Shown: positions 53,416-64,000 of the stretch, piece after piece | Layout: every line of letters begins with the position of its first letter | Position numbering within the stretch: position 1 is the stretch's first letter | NCBI GenBank assembly: GCA_964016885.1 | Contig: OZ024741.1 | Coordinates: 386,384,001-386,448,000, forward strand | Origin: Eledone cirrhosa | Taxonomy: Eukaryota | Length of the DNA stretch: 64,000 nucleotides | Direction: 5' to 3' | Translations under genes and position numbers: made by a program | Notes under the pieces: generated by a model | Told to the model about the DNA's origin: nothing | What the model saw: the letters and a program-made list of their open reading frames with translations, nothing else | Database searches by the model: none

Positions 53416-56400
53416 AAAAACAAATAACGAAACGAAATTAAATTTCGTTTCGTTTGTAACTCACTTTTGTATGACTGACGCTCAAACAATTAAGTCAAAG
53501 ATGTACATCCATATATGTATACTGAAATACTAGTATGTATATGAATACACACACGTATACATATGTAGATGTACCAAGTTTTTTTTCACTGATCACTTTA
53601 CTGTGAGTGGCCAGCTATTCTGTATGTAAACACACAGACAAACCGGTTTTTAGAGTCATACTGGTTTTTGAGGAAACACCTTTCCTCTATTCTCCAGAAA
53701 GCCAGACAAGGAATATTGAACTAGTTTCGTTGTTGTTACAACTCATCAGCAATATTTACCTATCTTCCGGCCTCTCTAGAGAATCGTAAAAGCACATATC
53801 GCTATATGCTTTTTCTATGAAAATTAGTAGTGGGCAGACCAACTTGCATAGAGTGTGAGTAAGTACCGGTTCAACGGAGACGATAAAAACAAATAACGAA
53901 ACGAAATTAAATTTCGTTTCGTTTGTAACTCACTTTTGTATGACTGACGCTCAAACAATTAAGTCAAAGATGTACATCCATATATGTATACTGAAATACT
54001 AGTATGTATATGAATACACACACGTATACATATGTAGATGTACCAAGTTTTTTTTCTCACTGATCACTTTACTGTGAGTGGCCAGCTATTCTGTATGTAA
54101 ACACACAGACAAACCGGTTTTTAGAGTCATACTGGTTTTTGAGGAAACACCTTTCCTCTATTCTCCAGAAAGCCAGACAAGGAATATTGAACTAGTTTCG
54201 TTGTTGTTACAACTCATCAGCAATATTTACCTATCTTCCGGCCTCTCTAGAGAATCGTAAAAGCACATATCGCTATATGCTTTTTCTATGAAAATTAGTA
54301 GTGGGCAGACCAACTTGCATAGAGTGTGAGTAAGTACCGGTTCAACGGAGACGATAAAAACAAATAACGAAACGAAATTAAATTTCGTTTCGTTTGTAAC
54401 TCACTTTTGTATGACTGACGCTCAAACAATTAAGTCAAAGATGTACATCCATATATGTATACTGAAATACTAGTATGTATATGAATACACACACGTATAC
54501 ATATGTAGATGTACCAAGTTTTTTTTCACTGATCACTTTACTGTGAGTGGCCAGCTATTCTGTATGTAAACACACAGACAAACCGGTTTTTAGAGTCATA
54601 CTGGTTTTTGAGGAAACACCTTTCCTCTATTCTCCAGAAAGCCAGACAAGGAATATTGAACTAGTTTCGTTGTTGTTACAACTCATCAGCAATATTTACC
54701 TATCTTCCGGCCTCTCTAGAGAATCGTAAAAGCACATATCGCTATATGCTTTTTCTATGAAAATTAGTAGTGGGCAGACCAACTTGCATAGAGTGTGAGT
54801 AAGTACCGGTTCAACGGAGACGATAAAAACAAATAACGAAACGAAATTAAATTTCGTTTCGTTTGTAACTCACTTTTGTATGACTGACGCTCAAACAATT
54901 AAGTCAAAGATGTACATCCATATATGTATACTGAAATACTAGTATGTATATGAATACACACACGTATACATATGTAGATGTACCAAGTTTTTTTTCACTG
55001 ATCACTTTACTGTGAGTGGCCAGCTATTCTGTATGTAAACACACAGACAAACCGGTTTTTAGAGTCATACTGGTTTTTGAGGAAACACCTTTCCTCTATT
55101 CTCCAGAAAGCCAGACAAGGAATATTGAACTAGTTTCGTTGTTGTTACAACTCATCAGCAATATTTACCTATCTTCCGGCCTCTCTAGAGAATCGTAAAA
55201 GCACATATCGCTATATGCTTTTTCTATGAAAATTAGTAGTGGGCAGACCAACTTGCATAGAGTGTGAGTAAGTACCGGTTCAACGGAGACGATAAAAACA
55301 AATAACGAAACGAAATTAAATTTCGTTTCGTTTGTAACTCACTTTTGTATGACTGACGCTCAAACAATTAAGTCAAAGATGTACATCCATATATGTATAC
55401 TGAAATACTAGTATGTATATGAATACACACACGTATACATATGTAGATGTACCAAGTTTTTTTTCACTGATCACTTTACTGTGAGTGGCCAGCTATTCTG
55501 TATGTAAACACACAGACAAACCGGTTTTTAGAGTCATACTGGTTTTTGAGGAAACACCTTTCCTCTATTCTCCAGAAAGCCAGACAAGGAATATTGAACT
55601 AGTTTCGTTGTTGTTACAACTCATCAGCAATATTTACCTATCTTCCGGCCTCTCTAGAGAATCGTAAAAGCACATATCGCTATATGCTTTTTCTATGAAA
55701 ATTAGTAGTGGGCAGACCAACTTGCATAGAGTGTGAGTAAGTACCGGTTCAACGGAGACGATAAAAACAAATAACGAAACGAAATTAAATTTCGTTTCGT
55801 TTGTAACTCACTTTTGTATGACTGACGCTCAAACAATTAAGTCAAAGATGTACATCCATATATGTATACTGAAATACTAGTATGTATATGAATACACACA
55901 CGTATACATATGTAGATGTACCAAGTTTTTTTTCACTGATCACTTTACTGTGAGTGGCCAGCTATTCTGTATGTAAACACACAGACAAACCGGTTTTTAG
56001 AGTCATACTGGTTTTTGAGGAAACACCTTTCCTCTATTCTCCAGAAAGCCAGACAAGGAATATTGAACTAGTTTCGTTGTTGTTACAACTCATCAGCAAT
56101 ATTTACCTATCTTCCGGCCTCTCTAGAGAATCGTAAAAGCACATATCGCTATATGCTTTTTCTATGAAAATTAGTAGTGGGCAGACCAACTTGCATAGAG
56201 TGTGAGTAAGTACCGGTTCAACGGAGACGATAAAAACAAATAACGAAACGAAATTAAATTTCGTTTCGTTTGTAACTCACTTTTGTATGACTGACGCTCA
56301 AACAATTAAGTCAAAGATGTACATCCATATATGTATACTGAAATACTAGTATGTATATGAATACACACACGTATACATATGTAGATGTACCAAGTTTTTT

Positions 56401-59400
56401 TTCACTGATCACTTTACTGTGAGTGGCCAGCTATTCTGTATGTAAACACACAGACAAACCGGTTTTTAGAGTCATACTGGTTTTTGAGGAAACACCTTTC
56501 CTCTATTCTCCAGAAAGCCAGACAAGGAATATTGAACTAGTTTCGTTGTTGTTACAACTCATCAGCAATATTTACCTATCTTCCGGCCTCTCTAGAGAAT
56601 CGTAAAAGCACATATCGCTATATGCTTTTTCTATGAAAATTAGTAGTGGGCAGACCAACTTGCATAGAGTGTGAGTAAGTACCGGTTCAACGGAGACGAT
56701 AAAAACAAATAACGAAACGAAATTAAATTTCGTTTCGTTTGTAACTCACTTTTGTATGACTGACGCTCAAACAATTAAGTCAAAGATGTACATCCATATA
56801 TGTATACTGAAATACTAGTATGTATATGAATACACACACGTATACATATGTAGATGTACCAAGTTTTTTTTCACTGATCACTTTACTGTGAGTGGCCAGC
56901 TATTCTGTATGTAAACACACAGACAAACCGGTTTTTAGAGTCATACTGGTTTTTGAGGAAACACCTTTCCTCTATTCTCCAGAAAGCCAGACAAGGAATA
57001 TTGAACTAGTTTCGTTGTTGTTACAACTCATCAGCAATATTTACCTATCTTCCGGCCTCTCTAGAGAATCGTAAAAGCACATATCGCTATATGCTTTTTC
57101 TATGAAAATTAGTAGTGGGCAGACCAACTTGCATAGAGTGTGAGTAAGTACCGGTTCAACGGAGACGATAAAAACAAATAACGAAACGAAATTAAATTTC
57201 GTTTCGTTTGTAACTCACTTTTGTATGACTGACGCTCAAACAATTAAGTCAAAGATGTACATCCATATATGTATACTGAAATACTAGTATGTATATGAAT
57301 ACACACACGTATACATATGTAGATGTACCAAGTTTTTTTTCACTGATCACTTTACTGTGAGTGGCCAGCTATTCTGTATGTAAACACACAGACAAACCGG
57401 TTTTTAGAGTCATACTGGTTTTTGAGGAAACACCTTTCCTCTATTCTCCAGAAAGCCAGACAAGGAATATTGAACTAGTTTCGTTGTTGTTACAACTCAT
57501 CAGCAATATTTACCTATCTTCCGGCCTCTCTAGAGAATCGTAAAAGCACATATCGCTATATGCTTTTTCTATGAAAATTAGTAGTGGGCAGACCAACTTG
57601 CATAGAGTGTGAGTAAGTACCGGTTCAACGGAGACGATAAAAACAAATAACGAAACGAAATTAAATTTCGTTTCGTTTGTAACTCACTTTTGTATGACTG
57701 ACGCTCAAACAATTAAGTCAAAGATGTACATCCATATATGTATACTGAAATACTAGTATGTATATGAATACACACACGTATACATATGTAGATGTACCAA
57801 GTTTTTTTTCACTGATCACTTTACTGTGAGTGGCCAGCTATTCTGTATGTAAACACACAGACAAACCGGTTTTTAGAGTCATACTGGTTTTTGAGGAAAC
57901 ACCTTTCCTCTATTCTCCAGAAAGCCAGACAAGGAATATTGAACTAGTTTCGTTGTTGTTACAACTCATCAGCAATATTTACCTATCTTCCGGCCTCTCT
58001 AGAGAATCGTAAAAGCACATATCGCTATATGCTTTTTCTATGAAAATTAGTAGTGGGCAGACCAACTTGCATAGAGTGTGAGTAAGTACCGGTTCAACGG
58101 AGACGATAAAAACAAATAACGAAACGAAATTAAATTTCGTTTCGTTTGTAACTCACTTTTGTATGACTGACGCTCAAACAATTAAGTCAAAGATGTACAT
58201 CCATATATGTATACTGAAATACTAGTATGTATATGAATACACACACGTATACATATGTAGATGTACCAAGTTTTTTTTCACTGATCACTTTACTGTGAGT
58301 GGCCAGCTATTCTGTATGTAAACACACAGACAAACCGGTTTTTAGAGTCATACTGGTTTTTGAGGAAACACCTTTCCTCTATTCTCCAGAAAGCCAGACA
58401 AGGAATATTGAACTAGTTTCGTTGTTGTTACAACTCATCAGCAATATTTACCTATCTTCCGGCCTCTCTAGAGAATCGTAAAAGCACATATCGCTATATG
58501 CTTTTTCTATGAAAATTAGTAGTGGGCAGACCAACTTGCATAGAGTGTGAGTAAGTACCGGTTCAACGGAGACGATAAAAACAAATAACGAAACGAAATT
58601 AAATTTCGTTTCGTTTGTAACTCACTTTTGTATGACTGACGCTCAAACAATTAAGTCAAAGATGTACATCCATATATGTATACTGAAATACTAGTATGTA
58701 TATGAATACACACACGTATACATATGTAGATGTACCAAGTTTTTTTCACTGATCACTTTACTGTGAGTGGCCAGCTATTCTGTATGTAAACACACAGACA
58801 AACCGGTTTTTAGAGTCATACTGGTTTTTGAGGAAACACCTTTCCTCTATTCTCCAGAAAGCCAGACAAGGAATATTGAACTAGTTTCGTTGTTGTTACA
58901 ACTCATCAGCAATATTTACCTATCTTCCGGCCTCTCTAGAGAATCGTAAAAGCACATATCGCTATATGCTTTTTCTATGAAAATTAGTAGTGGGCAGACC
59001 AACTTGCATAGAGTGTGAGTAAGTACCGGTTCAACGGAGACGATAAAAACAAATAACGAAACGAAATTAAATTTCGTTTCGTTTGTAACTCACTTTTGTA
59101 TGACTGACGCTCAAACAATTAAGTCAAAGATGTACATCCATATATGTATACTGAAATACTAGTATGTATATGAATACACACACGTATACATATGTAGATG
59201 TACCAAGTTTTTTTTCACTGATCACTTTACTGTGAGTGGCCAGCTATTCTGTATGTAAACACACAGACAAACCGGTTTTTAGAGTCATACTGGTTTTTGA
59301 GGAAACACCTTTCCTCTATTCTCCAGAAAGCCAGACAAGGAATATTGAACTAGTTTCGTTGTTGTTACAACTCATCAGCAATATTTACCTATCTTCCGGC

Positions 59401-59765
59401 CTCTCTAGAGAATCGTAAAAGCACATATCGCTATATGCTTTTTCTATGAAAATTAGTAGTGGGCAGACCAACTTGCATAGAGTGTGAGTAAGTACCGGTT
59501 CAACGGAGACGATAAAAACAAATAACGAAACGAAATTAAATTTCGTTTCGTTTGTAACTCACTTTTGTATGACTGACGCTCAAACAATTAAGTCAAAGAT
59601 GTACATCCATATATGTATACTGAAATACTAGTATGTATATGAATACACACACGTATACATATGTAGATGTACCAAGTTTTTTTTCACTGATCACTTTACT
59701 GTGAGTGGCCAGCTATTCTGTATGTAAACACACAGACAAACCGGTTTTTAGAGTCATACTGGTTT
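53416..59765 (-). repeat. Tandem array of a 469-bp HHR-bearing unit, ~13.5 copies (HHR sense on minus)
   Basis: Period is 469 bp (one 471, one 468), from the ORF track and direct reading. There are 13 HHRs, the first at 53712-53756. Confidence 0.95.
53712..53756 (-). ncRNA. Type I hammerhead ribozyme (one per array unit)
   Basis: Reverse complement reads AATATTG-CTGATGA-GTTG TAACAA CAAC-GAAA-CTAG-TT-CAATATT: 7-bp stem I, 4-bp stem II, palindromic ACTAGT stem III, GUU triplet. Confidence 0.85.
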
Positions 59766-59786
59766 GACTGGTTTTTAGAGTCATAC

Positions 59787-61671
59787 TTGTTTGAGCGTCA
59801 GTCATACAAAAGTGAGTTACAAACGAAACGAAATTTAATTTCGTTTCGTTATTTGTTTTTATCGTCTCCGTTGAACCGGTACTTACTCACACCCTATGCA
59901 AGTTGGTCTGCCCACTACTAATTTTCATAGAAAAAGCATATAGCGATATGTGCTTTTACGATTCTCTAGAGAGGCCGGAAGATAGGTAAATATTGCTGAT
60001 GAGTTGTAACAACAACGAAACTAGTTCAATATTCCTTGTCTGGCTTTCTGGAGAATAGAGGAAAGGTGTTTCCTCAAAAACCAGTATGACTCTAAAAACC
60101 GGTTTGTCTGTGTGTTTACATACAGAATAGCTGGCCACTCACAGTAAAGTGATCAGTGAGAAAAAAAACTTGGTACATCTACATATGTATACGTGTGTGT
60201 ATTCATATACATACTAGTATTTCAGTATACATATATGGATGTACATCTTTGACTTAATTGTTTGAGCGTCAGTCATACAAAAGTGAGTTACAAACGAAAC
60301 GAAATTTAATTTCGTTTCGTTATTTGTTTTTATCGTCTCCGTTGAACCGGTACTTACTCACACTCTATGCAAGTTGGTCTGCCCACTACTAATTTTCATA
60401 GAAAAAGCATATAGCGATATGTGCTTTTACGATTCTCTAGAGAGGCCGGAAGATAGGTAAATATTGCTGATGAGTTGTAACAACAACGAAACTAGTTCAA
60501 TATTCCTTGTCTGGCTTTCTGGAGAATAGAGGAAAGGTGTTTCCTCAAAAACCAGTATGACTCTAAAAACCGGTTTGTCTGTGTGTTTACATACAGAATA
60601 GCTGGCCACTCACAGTAAAGTGATCAGTGAAAAAAAACTTGGTACATCTACATATGTATACGTGTGTGTATTCATATACATACTAGTATTTCAGTATACA
60701 TATATGGATGTACATCTTTGACTTAATTGTTTGAGCGTCAGTCATACAAAAGTGAGTTACAAACGAAACGAAATTTAATTTCGTTTCGTTATTTGTTTTT
60801 ATCGTCTCCGTTGAACCGGTACTTACTCACACTCTATGCAAGTTGGTCTGCCCACTACTAATTTTCATAGAAAAAGCATATAGCGATATGTGCTTTTACG
60901 ATTCTCTAGAGAGGCCGGAAGATAGGTAAATATTGCTGATGAGTTGTAACAACAACGAAACTAGTTCAATATTCCTTGTCTGGCTTTCTGGAGAATAGAG
61001 GAAAGGTGTTTCCTCAAAAACCAGTATGACTCTAAAAACCGGTTTGTCTGTGTGTTTACATACAGAATAGCTGGCCACTCACAGTAAAGTGATCAGTGAA
61101 AAAAAACTTGGTACATCTACATATGTATACGTGTGTGTATTCATATACATACTAGTATTTCAGTATACATATATGGATGTACATCTTTGACTTAATTGTT
61201 TGAGCGTCAGTCATACAAAAGTGAGTTACAAACGAAACGAAATTTAATTTCGTTTCGTTATTTGTTTTTATCGTCTCCGTTGAACCGGTACTTACTCACA
61301 CTCTATGCAAGTTGGTCTGCCCACTACTAATTTTCATAGAAAAAGCATATAGCGATATGTGCTTTTACGATTCTCTAGAGAGGCCGGAAGATAGGTAAAT
61401 ATTGCTGATGAGTTGTAACAACAACGAAACTAGTTCAATATTCCTTGTCTGGCTTTCTGGAGAATAGAGGAAAGGTGTTTCCTCAAAAACCAGTATGACT
61501 CTAAAAACCGGTTTGTCTGTGTGTTTACATACAGAATAGCTGGCCACTCACAGTAAAGTGATCAGTGAAAAAAAAACTTGGTACATCTACATATGTATAC
61601 GTGTGTGTATTCATATACATACTAGTATTTCAGTATACATATATGGATGTACATCTTTGACTTAATTGTTT
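59787..61671 (+). repeat. Inverted arm of the array: 4 units, HHR sense on plus
   Basis: Reverse complement of the unit. HHRs at 59989-60033, ~60460-60504, ~60929-60973 and ~61398-61442. Confidence 0.95.
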
Positions 61672-62492
61672 AATTATTACAATGTCAAGCTTAAACTGTC
61701 GAGCATATATCTGTGAGAGAGAGAGAGAGGAGCTAAGTTAGCTTAAAGACAAGTTCAACCCCTACTGCACTGTCGAAAAATGTTCCAAAAATCTCGGATC
61801 AGATCAACCCTATCTTTTGCTTGCTTCTAATGATCTGAAAGCACTTCCCAAGGGAGTGAATGTGCCTGTATGGATGAGTGTATGTATGTGTATATATACG
61901 CACAGGCATTTATGTGTGCATATATGAATGTGCTTGTACCTGTGTGTATACTTTACCCACTCTCTCCACCTACTCATTTATTTGCACTCTAAAACCTTTC
62001 CTCACCCCATTCCTTCCATTCAAATAATAATTGATTCTTTTATTCATGAATTTCTATGTAAAACCTTCTAAAACTCCCCAGTATACTGTTGTGTGTGTTT
62101 GTGTGTATGCTGTGTGTATACACATAGTACATACACTTCACCACTGGTTACCAACCCATATAACCCACTTTGTATTGTTAATTCTTCACTTAAATACTCC
62201 TTCAGCCTATAAGCCCTATCTATAAATAGCCTTACCCCCCACCTTCTATTCCTATGACCATTATGCCCCTTCTTCTATTCCATTCCTATCTACTAACCAT
62301 CCCTACCCCATCATCACACACTGCTTGCTGACCCCTTGCCTGTCCAGATACACTTACCAGTGTCTGGCCTTCCACTTTCTCCATCCGACTAGTTTATTAC
62401 TATGATAAATTCAACCGAAACACTACCAAGACCAGTGACCTATTTTTTCACAACGTACAAATATTACTACACACTTGAAAAGGCTTGCTGGA

Positions 62493-62915
<423 letters not shown>

Positions 62916-63579
62916 TATATATAAATTTATATATATATATAAATTTTTGTACAGCATAGACGAAGCTCTAGTATACGGCCAAGCTAGCGTGTATGCTTAT
63001 TCGGTTTGTAGCTTTAGCACTCATATGAGGTAAGACCACAGAGTATAACATTATGTTCAGACAGCTTAGCAAATTAGATATAGCAGTCGGCAGTCCGACC
63101 GCATCACTAGAGCAACGAAAATACAGGACCCAGGTATGTATATATATATATATATGTATATATATATAAATTCAGCGAGAATCGTATTTCGGCGGATAGA
63201 AATAAGCGAAACGCAATTTCCGAGTCATGCTGGCAAGCGCTCCATGGACCAAAAGAGACCAGAGCAATAAACATAGGTTATAAAGGCCATACAAACTGAG
63301 AAGGCGGTTAAGAAGCTAACAACTACCTAAGCCAAAGAAACGAGGCAAGCTAAACGGGTCAAACAAAATAAATTAAATATTCACCCGGACCCCTGGGAAT
63401 GATGGTATGATCCAGTACAGGGGTTTTGCGACACCTAAATCAATAATACTGTCTGCTTAAAATAATAAGCTTTTGGTATAATGATCGAACAAGGTTGTCA
63501 CGTTATCAACAGGTATTTTGTTCTGTGCCAGCGTTATGGATATATATATATAATAGTAAAAGGTATAGTACCAGGAAAA

Positions 63580-64000
63580 ACATGAACGACTAGGCAAGAA
63601 GTAAAGGTTAGAGGGAGAAAAAATTATATAGAGTTTGTTCCTTAACATATGTTTCTGTACAACATCAGTCTACAAGTGCTAACTGCATAGTCCCATGCTC
63701 AATCGCAGGCATTACGTAAAATATTTCACTTCATCAGAAAGAGTAGAAGGTTCATAATCTAAGGTAAGATATGTGTGCCTGTTAACTATAGGTCCGAGTA
63801 GGTAGCAGTAAGAGATTTTTATTACGATCTCACATTCTACTCTTTCTGATGAAGTGCAATATTTTACGTAATCTCTGTGATTGAGCATGGGACTATGCAG
63901 TTAGCACTTGTAGACTGATATTGTACAGAAACATATGTTAAGGAACGAACTCTAAATAAATATTTCTCTTTCTAACCTTTACTTCTTGCCTAGTCATTCA
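63580..64000. repeat. ~165-bp inverted repeat, probable PLE tail
   Basis: 63585-63748 is the reverse complement of 63835-64000. It contains CTGATGA followed by a hairpin, but GTAA replaces GAAA. Confidence 0.65.

Noticed and set aside
53607-61547. Repeated 60-aa ORF MASYSVCKH… in every array unit
   Set aside because: It has a GTG start, is antisense to the ribozyme and shows no recognisable domain. It recurs only because the units are identical.
53416-61671. CRISPR array, 5S/snRNA gene array or ordinary satellite
   Set aside because: There are no variable spacers and no 5S, U-snRNA or SL sequence was recognised. The HHR and flanking TSD explain it better.

Overview
Eukaryotic, AT- and microsatellite-rich window made almost entirely of retroelements. 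It is probably invertebrate, and the SINEs and (TA)n density suggest a cephalopod such as Octopus (inference). No host protein-coding gene is supportable. Contents: decayed L1/Tx1-like LINEs inserted at (ATT)n (0-5.8 kb minus, 23.9-29.9 kb plus); at least five Penelope-like elements (PLEs; RT + C-terminal GIY-YIG) with direct or inverted terminal repeats; about 14 tRNA-derived SINE copies; and many short fold-back elements inside (TA)n tracts. The main result is that the window is full of type I hammerhead ribozyme (HHR) motifs (CTGANGA-stemII-GAAA-short stem III-TH) from about 8 sequence families. The largest case is an 8.26-kb array (53416-61671) of a near-identical 469-bp non-coding unit with one HHR per unit: about 13.5 copies in one orientation and 4 inverted. 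The whole array is flanked by a 12-bp direct repeat (AATTATTACAAT). This looks like a single retrotransposition of a retrozyme-like (circular RNA) concatemer. Diverged relatives at 33.2-33.7, 41.5-43.9 and 49.7-50.3 kb share the HHR and an octamer motif about 80-92 nt upstream of the HHR core. All ribozyme calls come from manual base-pairing; none has been tested computationally or experimentally.
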